NCBI RefSeq assembly: GCF_022539665.2
Contig: NC_081333.1
Span: forward strand, 8,060,001-8,124,000
DNA from: Daphnia carinata
Taxonomy: Eukaryota
Direction of reading: 5' to 3'
Length of the DNA: 64,000 bases
A program made the position numbers and the translations under genes. Shown piece by piece: positions 49,602-63,900 of the stretch. The notes beneath the pieces were generated by a model that was given only the letters and a program-made list of their open reading frames with translations, did not search any database and was not told the DNA's origin. Positions within the stretch are counted from its first letter, which is position 1. Every line of letters begins with the position of its first letter.

Positions 49602-52600
49602 ATGAGATATGTACCATATGATGTTAGTTGATTTCTAAGACGAACAAGACGAGTGTGTGAACATTTTCTATCGGACTGAAAATGTTGGGCGAAGGATAGG
49701 GAAAAAGAGAAAATGCTCGATGAGTCAGTTGCAAATTAAAATAAACAAAAGCAAAATATTAGGCAGCAAAAAAAACAAACAAAAAAAAAACAAAAAAGAA
49801 AAAAAGAAAGATGATGAAAATTGCCTCTTTTTTTTTTTTTTTGGATTACCCCTTTCTTTTCTTTACGCATGGAAGTTGGCTACTTTTACTGTCATGTTTT
49901 TGCAGAACCATTTATTTCTCTTGTTGCCTCTCTCTCTCTTCTTTATTTTTCCAGTCGACTGGTCATGTCCGTGAGCATTGCGTGATTGCTGTCACGGCTG
50001 GACCTTCTTTTTTGCCGCTCCTTTAGTGAAATGTCTTTCTCTATTCGTGTCTTTCCAATTGCCGACCATCGAAGCAAACCGTACAAGACATCGTCATCAG
50101 CCTAATATCTTGGACGATGCATCACATACAAAAAAGAAAAATACTCGGATTGTATCTTGATTTGCGTAAACAAATTAAAAAGCCAATGTCTTCATTAAAA
50201 TATGCAAGAGCTCGCGCGTGCCACGACTCATGCTTTTCGTTAAAGGATTCTGGTGTTTATGTCATTCGGATGCGTGCGGTATTGTCTAGCGTGGGAGGGT
50301 ATAGTAGTACGTGCCACGAACGCTTTAAAAGCCTTTGCACACTTTCGTTCTTTACAAAAAAAAAAAAAAAAAAAATTGCTGATTTCTTTACTGTTAGTTT
50401 TTTTTCTGTCCGAAGGAAACACAAAACAAAAAAAAAAAAAAAAAAAAAAAAAAGAAATAGAGAAAAGTTTTGGCATCGACTGGACGGGCACAGCGAGCGA
50501 ACGCGACGTGAGATCTCGACAGGGTGCAACCGGTCCAGCCTTTCGGATAAAGACGACACCCTTGTTCCACCGTGTGCCTCATGCGCGTTCGTACGGAGCA
50601 ATAAGAAGGTACCACCATCACACTATGGATGTCTGATCATCTTCACAAGTCACGCAAAAGAGAAAGACGGAAAAAAAAAAATAAATAAAATAAAAAATAC
50701 GTTTGAGATTGTGTTGGTTTTTTCCAGACCGAAACAAAATAAATAAAGAAATAAATGAGAGAAACTCAATTACAATATATTCCTTTTCCCTCTTTTTTTT
50801 TTTGTGTTTTGAAAAAGTCACGGGGCGTGGAGTCGTCGCTGTTTCGTAGCACATCGTAAACTACCACCGGTGCTTTGCAGCTGTGCCGGAAATCTATGGC
50901 TTTTTTTTTTCCCTTTTAGATAATTGATGTGAGAAGCCACCATTAAAAAAAAAAAAGAGATAATGGCAAGAGAAAAAAAAAAGAATGAAATACAAACAAT
51001 TAAAAAAAATGCGGGGGACGGAGAGACGCGCGCGTCTTATAACGTCAGGAATGGCGTTTGGGTTCCAAAAGTTCAATCCCCCAAATGAAATATTAAAAAA
51101 AAAAAAAAAAAAAAAGTAATAAAACAGAACTATTCGGTGCCGTAACTTTCCAATGGAATAATGTCAAAATTGCACAAAGTTAGAAGTAACAAAACGCCCG
51201 TCTTTTTGTCTGAATCTTGAAAATGCATCAAAGAGAGCGGATGTTTAAAAAATTTTAAATATGGAAAAAAATAAATAAATAAAAGTTTTAACAAGAAAGC
51301 GGTTTGACACGAGGGAAAATGCAACGCAGGATTTTGGCGAAACCCATCAGAAAAAAAAGAGGCAAACAAAAAAATCACGGCAAGTGGATCTCGACGTATT
51401 TCAGACCGGTCGTTCGCATCGTAAAAATAAGCAAAACGCGGCAGGACAAGGAAATATTTTTCCGAGTCTTTTTGTTGGTTCCCCTGCTTCGGTTAACAAC
51501 GGGGGGGAGAGTGGAGAAACTCGGACAGAATCTACTTGACGGCTAGCAAAAAAAAAAAAAAAGGTCTTGATGGCTAAAGGATCAGACTCAATGGTTGAGA
51601 TCAATTACAACAACACCAGAGAAAGTTTGTTCGAGATTGAACGGTAATTTTTCCCTTTCATTTCTTGACGAAAGTGAAAACTTTAAGTAAGGCGATCATT
51701 CTTGTTGTTGCACATGTAAGCAAAATACGGGCCGTTTAGCGAAACACAAGTAACAGATCAACGAATGCATGAAGGGCATCGTGATGAAATGCGCTATCCC
51801 TTTTTTTATTATTTTTTTTTTTTCCAAGAGAAAAGCAAACGCACTAGAAAAGGAAAAGAAGCGGGGAAAATTGATGCGATAGTCCATCTTAGTTATGGGG
51901 TTTACCCGCTACTCATTTTTTGACGTCCCCGGCCCGTCACAGCTATTTATGTATCCAAATCATGAATTATCGATTGCCTGTCCAAGTCAATTTACAAAAA
52001 AGAGAATCAAAAAATGTTTTGAAGCCCAAAACATTTCATTCTGTTCAAAGCCGGTACATTTTTTTCGAGCTGATAAAATCCATTTAAAGGGACTGATAAT
52101 CCCGCTTTTCAATACAAAATCATATGCATGGAAAAGAAAAATACCTTCATACCCCGCCCGACACAAAATCTCATTCGTCAGCCGGTAGAAATTCAGGTCA
52201 AAAAATACCTTTTCGTGCCATAGTTACGTGGCTGAAAAATGAAAGAAAAAAAAAAAACGTGTAGACGAGCCTCGTGTTGTGCCATCGCTTGCCGCCATCA
52301 TTGACGACCCTCCCCAAGTTATTGTGCCCTCGTGTAATACCAATAACGTTAAAAGACTTAGGGGGTCCGAGAGCCGCCTTTTATTTCATTCGATTTTATG
52401 CTACGTTCTTTATAATATCTAGGGCCAACAAGTTTGATGGCAACGGCAAACAATCTCGACTGTTGTGTCTTCCCCCCCCCCCCCTTTGTACGCTGATGTG
52501 TTTTGCCCTCACCCATTTTTTTTATTGCATTTCATAATATTTTTGATAACAAAAATGTTTGTTCTACGCCGCATTTTGTCTCGTGTTTCTCGGTGGTGTT

Positions 52601-53805
52601 TTTAGAAATTATTATTACCATTATGTTGTTTTTGTTTGTTTTTTTTTCAAGAAAAAAAAAATACAAAAACAAATAATAGTAAAATTAAATGCCCGGCCAC
52701 TTGCTGATATTATACGTCGCCCTCCTAACTTTTCCTTTCACATTTTGTATTCGTTTCATTGCCGGGCAAGCCACCCGACCAACTCTATCTTGATGAAAGA
52801 AAGTTGCTCTGACAAACGATTATTATTTCATCAAGTGCTCTTTGTGTGTGCTTTCGTTTCCATACAAAATGTGATAAAACCGAGAAAGAAAAAAAAAACT
52901 AGCGTAAGTTGTCTCGCTGGATAACGACGACGCCGGCGATGACGTCCAAGGACGAGACACCCACACACATTTACCCAATTATGAATAGAGATCGAGTTGG
53001 TAATCGTTTTAGCCTTTACAAACGCCCCTCCTCCCCCCCCCCCCCGACGACTCTTTATTGCGTGTCTTTCTTTACCCAATTGCGGTGACGTTTGCGGCAT
53101 CTGCTTGTAAGCCACTTGTCGTTGCAATAGCCAACCAGCAAAAGTTGTTTGCTCAAGCGAGTCATTGCGCCACCTTCGAAATGAAACACATGCATGGGAA
53201 TTTAGTGTTTCTCAAGATCACATCAAAAAGGTAAAGGTCAAACGCTGGAGCGGATGCTGAGTCCTTTTAGGCAGCACTCCAACAATCAAAGACGATGAAA
53301 AGTGAATCTCTTTTTCGAAATAGCTAGCGGCTAGCCAGTCATCGCTCTATTACGCAATGCTGAAACGCGGCAATTCACGATGGGTCGATCCAATTTCGAC
53401 ACTGAAAGAAATGGGAAAAAAAAAACAGACAAGACGAAGCGAGATGCCGGACTCGCCGGTTCACCGCAAAAGGTAAGTAAAAAATGGCAGACACGCATCG
53501 AATTCTCTCGATAAATTGTGTTACTACGCTCGCGTTGTTTTAAACCGAAAAAAAAAGAGAAAACGGAGTGAAACCGTCAAACATGGGCTTGGCTATTGTG
53601 TGTGTTGATATGATCAAAACTAATATAAAAATAACAATAAAAAAGAATCCATATAAAAATAAGAAGTCACGAACGATGGAAATGCCTGGGCTCCCTAACG
53701 CAATTTCGCGTCCACACAAGTGAATACGCATGTTCCTATTTCCCTCCTCTACAATTCGTGTTTTTTTGACAAGTAAATTGGACGCGGTCATATAACTAAA
53801 AGCAT

Positions 53806-53840
<35 letters not shown>

Positions 53841-54955
53841 GAAAAAAAAGGATAGAAGATAGGCATAACTTTCTTTCATAGGGTAGATATCCGTTTTACT
53901 ATGTGATTGTTGTTTCAAAGAAAAAGGAAAAAAAAAAAAAGAACCACGATTAAATGGAGTGACATAAAAGAGACGAACGACCGGCCATTATTGAGCTGTT
54001 TACCGCATCGAACCAACAGTTTTTCGTAAAAGAAAAAAAAAAAAAAAATATGGAAACGATTTGTTTGGGTTGACGAGTTGAAGCAAAAAAAAAAGAGAGA
54101 ACAGTTACCTCAACCACCCTCCGCAACGAGGCGTGCTTCTGCTTTGGGCAAGGCCAAGTGAAGACCGGCCCAAACAGGACAACAAATTTCAAAAGAAAAA
54201 CGTGTATGACCCGAGTAGGGTAACAAACACGACGTAAATAATATAACGGCAGCATGTGTAATTCAAAAGGAAAAAAAAAAAAAAAAAAAAAAAATCCTCT
54301 AGAAAAGAAAGAAAAGGGAACAGCCGACTGAGCTAAATCACACAATCAATCAGCATCCATAATTCTTTCTTTTTGGGGTTTGTTGTTTCCCATAAGGAAT
54401 ACAAAGACGGGTTGTTGTATCAAAAGCTTCCAACTAGTGCTTTAAAGACCTACATTCCTGGACGACCAGGCCTGGCCTGGCCAGATTTTTTTTTTTTTTT
54501 TTCGTTTGCTGGGAAAACATTCCATTTATGATTCCGCTTTAAACTGGCCTGATTCCCGTTGACAACAAGCTACTGGCTAGTCGGTCACACGGAAAAAAAA
54601 GGAGTAATTAAAAAATTGCTTTATCAGTAAAAGAAGAATAAGGAGAGAAACCAAAACTAATGAACCGCTCCCTTTGTGTAAAGTACAACCAACGAAACGA
54701 AGGACGTGCCGATTGTCAAGCGTGTGCTCACGCACGCGCTCTCTCTTTTTTTTTCGGTCGCATCGTTCGTTCTTTTCTAGGTTCTCTCCCAGGACTCTTG
54801 CAATGACAAAAGTAATGTTTCCAACCCGCTCCCCAAGATTTAGTCTCTTTCCCCTTGGTTATTGTTTCGAGCCAGTTGTCAAGGTCCGGCCACTAGTGGC
54901 TAGATCCGGACAGTGTGTGTGTGTGTGTGTATCCCGTCCGCACACACCGTCATCT

Positions 54956-54988
<33 letters not shown>

Positions 54989-55579
54989 ATGGAGTGGGAT
55001 TTAGAAAAGAAAAAAAAAATGGGTGTCATCTACGCTCTCTGCTTTTCTTCTCACCGCCAATCAGCAGCTATAAAGCTGTACGGCCGCTATGTTCGTCAGT
55101 GCTGCTGCAGTCAACTGGAACCAACAAGGCGATGCAACAGCAGCGAACTCAAAAAAAAAAAAATAAAAAATAGCAACAACGAAAACCATTTCTTTGATTA
55201 TTCCAACGCTTTAGTAGATCAAGAGCAACCGACTCTTTTGTCATTTTTGCTTTTATGTGCGGCTGTTGTAAAAAAAAAACAAGAAAAAAACAAACCAAGG
55301 CTGCTGGACTACTAGGTCCAACCGTTACGTGGCACTGGCCAAGTAGATGGTTACAATAGAACAGCAAGCTTCACACAGTAAAAAAAAAATCCAAATAAAT
55401 AAACTCGTGGAAATATGAAACAAAAGAGAGAGAAAAAAACATCCAAATAAACTGATTCACGCACGCGAAATGAAGTCGATAAAACGCGTATAGACTGGAT
55501 GGACTAAAAAAGAATAATAACCCACCTACTTTTTTTTTTCACTTAAATGGGTGTGGGCAAAGGAATGCGGTCGAAAAAT

Positions 55580-55602
55580 AACGAACGAACGAACGAACGA
55601 AC
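55580..55602. repeat. (AACG)n tetranucleotide microsatellite
   Basis: About 5.5 AACG units, directly visible. Confidence 0.8.
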
Positions 55603-58600
55603 AACAAAAAAACTATTACGTAAATAGCAGAGTCGATCATGTTACTTTTTAAAATTACCGCCCTGGTCGCTTCGCTGTCTGGGTATCGTGAGAAAAAAAC
55701 GTGTCACGACGCGACGCTTTGGCGGGCGCCCACTTTCACGAAGTCTGATCATTTCAACGTTTGGTCGCTTCGTACGATTGTTCCTATAGGCAACAAATAT
55801 ACGACCCTGTCAACGGTCGTATTCAGAAAAAAAAAAGAAGAAGAATAAGAAAAAGGGGTTCATCCTCAAGTTCAAGGCTGCCCTTTTTTTTCTGGTAATA
55901 GTATGGCTCTTTTTTTTTTTCTTTGACCGTAAGCCCATAGAAATCTGTACGGGGTTAATTACGCCGGCCATTCATATACATCTATCTTTTGTCGGCCTCT
56001 TACCACATCCATACAATTTTTTTTTTTTTTCCTCTATAAAGTACAATAAAGAAACTGCTCAGGCCGCCCGAACCTATATAGCAAGATAGTCATCTTTACA
56101 TAAGAGAAACGAGACAAAAAAAAAAATGAAAAGAAAGAAAACTCACGAAGAGACTTTGTTCTTCCCTTTTCGCTCTCATGAAAAACCATCGCTTCTATTA
56201 TTTTATGATAGCAAAGACCTCCTCAAGACAATATACATATGGGATTAGCCAGTTTTTTTTTTTTTTTCCCTTCCCCCCTCCAGTAGGACGGAGCGTGAAA
56301 ATGGAGAGTGGAAATGGCGCCAAAGCATTCAAATTTTAACCTGTTGGGTCGTCGGGGTCAGTGGGCTCAACGCACGTAGGCCTCATCAGTCCACCATTTT
56401 CATTAAGGAATTTTTCATGTCTTTCCATGCTTCTATTTGAATATTTTAGAAACGGCTGTAACTTACCGAGAGCGTGCGCTCTCAAAGAATCTCTTGAAAA
56501 CGAAACATTTCGATATTCTCTTTTAAGGAGATATAAAAAAAAGGGCTGTTTTCCTCGTCTTTTTATTTAAATTTCGTATTCTTTCGTCATAATAAATGTC
56601 TAGCTTCTTCTCTGTGAACCCTCCCCGTTTGATTCTCTTGACAGATAAATTTGGACACGAGAAGGAGGAAGAAAAGAGAGAGAGAAACGACGATCTAGAA
56701 AATAAAAGAGGAAGCTCGCAGGTGCTGCGACTGGACCCTGCTGGACAGGAAGGCGAGCGTGGGCCGAATAACTCATTGCTCCCCTCCCGTTCTCCCATTC
56801 GACCATCGGTAGAAGGCACACAAATCTTGACAGCTGTTTCTCTCTTCTTCTTTCTGTTAGTGTAGATATCCTTTCCTTTTAAAAACAATTTTCCAAGAGT
56901 CCAGTTAAAGAGCTGTTTGCCGAGAAGTTGATTTCGAAATACCATCGTCACGCTGATTCACGCTCTGATTCCCAACTGCTACAGAACAACTCCGAAAAAA
57001 AAACAACAAAAATCTTTCATCCCGCGCGCTACAGTCCCCCAAGCAAGTGGCCACGATGCTTGTCACGTAAAACGCGCTGTTTTGTCAATTCATCGGCACA
57101 ATGTCACGACATTTGGCTTTTGTTCCTCTACGGTCAATCGCCTCGCCAACGTTCAAAATGAGATGAGCTGGAGGGAGCGGTTGGATAGTCAAAGTTTGTA
57201 AAAAGAAAAATTTGTGCTGGCAAAAGAAAGAAGAAAATGACCCCAACAATTCAACGGTCAACCAAAATTCGTAAAAAAAAAAAATGGCAATCCTTGAAGA
57301 GAAGTTAAACAAACAGCAGAGAAATCAGGAGTGGAGGGTACGAGTCACGATTTGAAAATGGGTGACGACATGACGCATTTTGTTCGTACGTTACGCCAGT
57401 CCAGTACAACGCACTCTGAAGATGGGGTGGCTGCTGATCTGATAGGAGTGGCACGAGATGTCGAGTGGTGGGAGGGCGTAATATTCAAATAAGAGAAAAA
57501 AAGGGAAATGCTACGGTAAGGTGGAGGAGTTGACAGGTGAAAATTGTTCAGGAGTCAGGCCGTTTGAGCAACAGTATTGTCTATCACTCTTCGGCGAGAA
57601 AGTTGAGGAGTGGCTTCATCGTATAGCAGTATTGGCCACAAAAAGTACTGCTATACCGTACGAACCGACCACATAGTGTTTTCGTGGGTAGACGTCACTC
57701 AAGACAGTAACGGAAACTGATGGCTCCTTCAGCCCATTCTTTACTTTTCTTTAACTTTTTTTTTTTTCTTTTTAATTTGAACGAAGAAAAATGCACATGG
57801 TTTTTCTTTTACGTCAGCCGTATCAGCTCCGTATTAAAATATCGTAACGATAAATTTCAACTGCAACGTCCATTTTTCTTTTCTTTTTTTTTATTTTTGA
57901 CCCATTTTTTTCAGGTGCACAACTGCCACGCCGAGAGAGAAAATTTGATACGGCAGCGATCACGATATATGACAACCTTGACCCATTTTTTGCACGTGAA
58001 TCCAATTCGATTGAAACAGAACTATTACATTAAACAAAAAGCAGAGAAATATCGAAAAGACAAGCCCATTATTCGTTGTTCTCTAGAGTGTACAAGCATT
58101 TAAATAATTCCACCCACTCATTCTTTTTTTTTCTTCGGAATCACCATTCTCTATTTTCTCTCTCTCTCACGAAAACGAAAGGGGAATTCGAAAAAAGAAA
58201 AGAAAAAAAAATTAAAACATAACTATCCCTCCGTTTTAACCTTGATAACAAAAGAGAGGGGCTCACAAAAGAGTTCGTGCTGGAACTACTGTCAACTGAC
58301 TTTTCAAGATATAGAGTTAATGTGAAGCTAAACGTGTTGGTTATTTCCCTCCATTCCCCCTGTGTTTCTTTTTATTCTTTTTTCTTCTTTAGACAAAGAT
58401 GTAGAAACATCTTATAGCCTTCGTCGTCGTAGACAAACAAAAATCAAAACAAGCTCAACTTGTAGAATAGTTTAGAAGGGGGGGCTTCGAGTAGAAGATT
58501 GCGGTTAAAGACGGTAATAAATAGTCTGGACAACACGACCAGAGATTTTCTAAATAGGAAAACATACACAGTATGTGCATACAATATAGCAGTAGGCATA

Positions 58601-61600
58601 TAATGCAGTATGCAGTGGAATCCTCCCCCCCAAAAAAAAGAAAAGAAGGCGCCACCATCCAACCCCCCCAAAAAAAGACGAGAGAGACAAGAGGGGGGAT
58701 AAGGGGGCTCCGAGATTGTAGGTCTCGATATGTATAATCAATTCTACTTTTTCTTCCTCCTCCTTTACAGGTAACCTGTTGCATAGCATTAGAGGGGGAG
58801 AAAGGATGGGGGGCTCAGGTGGCGACGACGGCTGAACCTGTTCCTAAAGACACAAATATTAAAACAAAAACTCTTAGGGGAAACGAGCAGCAGGTGAAGC
58901 AACCGGTAGTAGTTTGAACTTCAGCACGCCCGCAGAGTTCATTGATCCAAACCCAGCTAGCGTCCTTGCCGACTTCTTTCTTTTTTTAAATAAAAAAGGT
59001 CAAATAGCTCTTAACACGAGGGAGAAAAGGGGAGAGAGGGCAACATGTTTAAGTTTCTCTAAATACCTAGTCTCGCTGCTTCTTGATATTAAAAAAAAAA
59101 AAAACATTTTTTTGTGTGTCCGGGGAGGGAGTTTTGTAACATCGTTTCACCTGTCTCTTCGGTTGAAAGTAAAAGTAGCCATCGAAAAGAAAGGAAAAAT
59201 TTAAAAAGGGAAATTGTAAACGAATTTTTTTCTAGTTTGAACTTCATCATCTTTCGTGAGCAGAAACTATTCAATAAAACCAATATTTTGAAAACCGTCA
59301 AACTATTTTCGTGGTTTGTTTCGTTCGGTTTACAAAAAAAAAAAAAAAAAAAAAAAAAAAGGAAAAAGATAAATTGGAGTCTGATGATGCTCAAACACGA
59401 TTCGTAGACGCCCCAGACACACCCCAAACTCGACGCTCGTTTAAACGAATATGTGAAACAATGCAATAGTTAATGTTTTTCACGAATTCTGGGGTTAGTG
59501 ATTAGAGACTCTTCTTCCTAATTGGTGTTGCTCAAGCACCACTCTTTTTGTTGTTTGCATCTGATCATTTCCCTTTTTTCTTTGAATTTACTTTTTTTGT
59601 TTTCCTCCTTTTAATTACATTCCTCCGTCAGAGACGTACAGAGCGTGGGGGGAAGGCCTTCGCCGACATTACGGGGTAAAAACGAGTGGGGTGGTCGAAG
59701 GGTCGTCACTCTCTCTCTCTCCTTGTGTAATACCTTTTAGCCGCCTGTTGCGCGTACCAAGACAAATAAATTTATTGCAAATGCGGCCAGGTTCCACTGA
59801 ACGGCTTTTTGTGTCGGAACAATAAAAGTTGAACAAAAAACGATAAACCTAAAATACGAAAAAAAAAAAAATTACATCCCTACTGTACCCATTTCGTGTA
59901 CTGCTACCTATGCGGTTAGCAGTTTCTCAATCAACGGGGCGAAAAATGCCTTTTTTGTTTTTAATGTGCAACATCAAGGGATGTAATGGACAGGTACAGC
60001 CAGTAAAAGAAAATTAGGAAATGAATCAAGTACCCTCTTCCCTTGATTGAAATTTGATGAAGAGGCGAAAGCCATCATTTTCTCTTTCCTTCTCTCACAA
60101 TATCCCATTTTTACGTGTTAAGTCATCTGTTCGTTATAAATTTAAGGAAGAATCTTTTTTCGGCCATACGTGCTGATACACGGACAGAGAAAGGACGCGA
60201 GAAAGAGAGAGTGGATGTGTGTTTGGTATCGCTGGTGTCCGCCGTGGCGCGATACTAAATCTTTAAACACAGAGAGGAAAAGGCCAACAGAAATAATAAT
60301 AATCCCAAAGTCCGTAGCAATTTACGAGCCGCTTCCTTGCCATCAACTCTACGGCTGTTCAGTTACAAACACAACGTACAGCGTTGCGATTAATATCATA
60401 CGCAAGCCCACAAAAGGAACACAGCAACTGTATGCCACCAGGAAGAAAAGCCGAAACATTTGATTTGCGCGGGAGAGTTAAAACAGAAAGAAAAAAGGAC
60501 GCAGGTGAATTTTTAATATGTTTTCGTATGGACGGTAAAAAGGAAAAGTAATGGGAGTGATGAAATAAATCACAAATTCATCCGAGTGGATTAAGTGGGA
60601 TTCGTTCAAACGGAAATCTTAAGGGTCACTCGGTACGCCCCGAGATATCGTACTTTCTCTCTTTCATTAAATCCCCCCCCCCATGTTTTTCTCTTTTCTA
60701 CCATTATCAAAAGCAGCTCTTACCCTATATGTACCTGTAATGGCTATGCTGTATCACTTGCATTTTTTTTCCACTTGTTTTGATACATCGCGCCATGGGA
60801 GAGAGTCCTCATTTTGGAAAAAAAAATGGCGATTTCAAGCTCTGCTAGAATTCTCGTGAATTCTGCCCTTTAACATCCAAATGAAAACGAAAACCGCGCG
60901 CGTTCTATTCAACAAGCACAAAAGCGTGGGCGTGGCCGGTTTTGTTCCGGGTATTTCTTTAATTTCCATGCAAAGCAAAAATCTAGCTATCAACTCTACC
61001 AATTGGGTTTATCTGATGAAATGAAGGTCGTTCTCAAAAGCCGATCACTGTTTCAACAGCAAACATTAAAATCGTGAAAAGAAACCAAACACGAAAAAAC
61101 GAAACGTCAATGCAATTCCTTTTGTTTTTATATTTTAATTCTCGTTCGTACCAAGGACGCTGTCGACATGTCGGACACGAAGACCACGAAACAGCCAAGT
61201 AAGGAATGCGGATCGCCCAGCGTGATTAGACCCCTCCCAATTTTGTTGCCATTTCGGTCTCGATTGCCACAGAGCACAGGGAATTTGGAGGGGTTATTGC
61301 TGAGTACTACTCAATTTGAATAACACGCATTCAATTTTTTTTTTTTTTTTTGAAAAAGCTCAAAGGATTTTTCACGCTAGGAGAAGTCGTCGGAAAGCCA
61401 CGAAGTCTTGTTACGTGTCAATGGCAGCAAAAAGATAAACTCAAAAAAAAAAATGCGCAATTCAGCCGCAAAATGAGAGAAATGACAAGGGCGCGGTAGT
61501 GAAACACGACTTTAAAAAAAACACACATACACACAAGGAAGAAATGAAGCAAAATAAAAGCCTTTTTGTTCTAATCTCGATTTGTACAAAACCGCGTAAC

Positions 61601-63900
61601 ACGGAACATCCATCACAGTTGTGTAATGGCTCTCTATGAAAAGAAAATGAACTAACAGGAGGGATAAAATAAAATGGCCTTTAATGTTTACCATTTAACA
61701 AGTGGAATCGGATCCGGTATGTGTATGTGTGTAAAGTCAAAGTCGGTGAACATACACGGTACAAGTATGTACGCAGAGAACCAATTGGGAACGCAACACT
61801 TCAGGGTTGGGAAGTGGGCACTCAAAACCGCGTGAACAACGCTAAAAAAGAAAGTAGGCCACAATTGTGCACAGACTTTTTTTTTTGCTAGCGAAGGGCG
61901 TGAATGTTACTTCGCTTTTTTTTTTTTTTGTTGCCTTCTTCTCTTTAGCTTCTTTTTTTCCCTATGGCGCAGAATGAATACCACCTTTTTGTCTTATCTA
62001 ATCTCTTTCCAATTTAGAATCGTTCGGCCGAAGAAAGTTAACGATCCCTATAAATTAAGGACTGCGACGGGGTCAATGCGATTTCGATAAAGATTTTATC
62101 ACGCCCCTGTCAAGCAACAACAAAAGTGGTACAAGATGCATTGAAAATGCCAATCAATTGGTTCTCCGTTAAGTTGGGAGAAAAAATAAAAATAAAAACA
62201 GAAAGCCGAAAATAAAAAATCATGGAGAGAAGCAATTGTGGGATGTAACCGATTGATATCGCCAAGTCTGTTTCATGTGAAATTCATGAGCTAGGTTCAG
62301 AGCGAACGTGCACGGTAGCAACACATGCGTATTATTTGATTTTTTGTTTTACCAGATAGAAAAAAAAAACCGAAGGGGCTTTTGCAATCGATGCCGAAAC
62401 GGGTTTCATATCAAAAGCAAGGCAGGAATAACCTTATCGAATAATAATAATATTGCACGACTAATGATACGTGAAGAAAAAAAATGGGCGTTGTTCCTTC
62501 CTAATCATTCTTCTCTTTTGTTCCAACAAGTTTTTTAGAGGCCAGCGATCGTCCTCCAAGACGACTCATCAACTTGCCAAGGTTTTTTTAAAGCAACCAA
62601 TCTTCATTTGTATTAGCAAAACCACCTGATTCTCAATTTATCTGATCAAAGTAGAGTTAACACGGAACGAATGTCAACTAAACTCGAAGCGAAAAATAAC
62701 GACAGAGATATTGGGTTTAGGAAAAGTCCAATCCGAAAAGTAAATATCATCAATTCAAGAAGAGTTTATAACAAGACATTATTTAAAATGCCAGTAACTG
62801 CGGGAGTTTTTCGGCGAATGAATGAAACGAAGTGACAATCAACTTGTGAAGAAGGCCCCTTAGGGAGATGGTAAACACACAACACTCCCCTTTTTTCCCT
62901 CTCCATAAAAAAAAAAAAAAAAGAAAAAAAAAAAAAAAAAAAAAGAATTGTCGCTTCGTTTGTTCATGAACGGTAGGAAAAGTGAAAGGTGTCCGACAGT
63001 GTGTCTCCTACTGTCCGTATGGCGACACTTGATTTATAATGAAAAAGGTCATCTAGCGACAAAGCTCAAAAGCTCTCACCTATTGTAAGCAGAACATCCG
63101 CATACACAGGTAATACAAAAAGAACAAAAAGCAAATGACCATCATTCAAACAATGCTTAGCCCTTCTCAGGCCCCGACAACAACAAATGTGTAAAGACGA
63201 TTTTTTCAAGATCTTTTTGCACGAAAAATTTGCTCAGACTAGGTCACGGACAGACGCCTTTTCCTTCATTTGGCACATCGATGTCGCCACCGCATACACA
63301 ACGCACGCGTGCAGCCGTCTTATACATAGAAATTAGCTAACTCAATGAAGGGAAAGAACGGAGAAAGACATGGCATTGTTCGCCGTACATGCCAAGCTTT
63401 GATCTTTTCGAGTAGCAGACAGATGAAAAAAGAAAAAACAGATAGGAAGAGAGAGTTGGATGTAGACTAGTACTCATCTCATCCCACGTTGCAGTCGATT
63501 TACCTGCGCTACCCGCTATTCAAAAACATGTCCCACGAACCACAACATCGAGAAGGAGGAAATACTCGTTTCCAACTCTTCTGCAGCCTTTCCCCCATTT
63601 CATCAACAAGCTGTCAGTCAGCAACACAGAAAAAATAGAAATTGGATTCCCAGCCAATACGCATTGAAATGGGCTGGATGATTCCTAGTGACCCAAATGC
63701 TACATGACGGCTCCATTCAGACGGATGCGTTTCATAACATTCTTCAGATTCACCAATCCGAAAAAAAACTCCGTGTCAATCAAGTACCATCAACGTTGAT
63801 GGTTCAATAACAAGTAGGCCGTTTAAAAAAAAAAAAAAAAAAACCCACGCTACCAAAAAAAAAATAAATACTAAGAATGATAATGAAAATCGGGACTCAC

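Noticed and set aside
11000..63800. The many 60-210 aa intronic ORFs (e.g. 11560-12123, 50117-50746, 54674-55315)
   Set aside because: Poly-K/poly-F translations of homopolymer-rich intron DNA with no coding codon bias or exon chain. No nested gene could be built.
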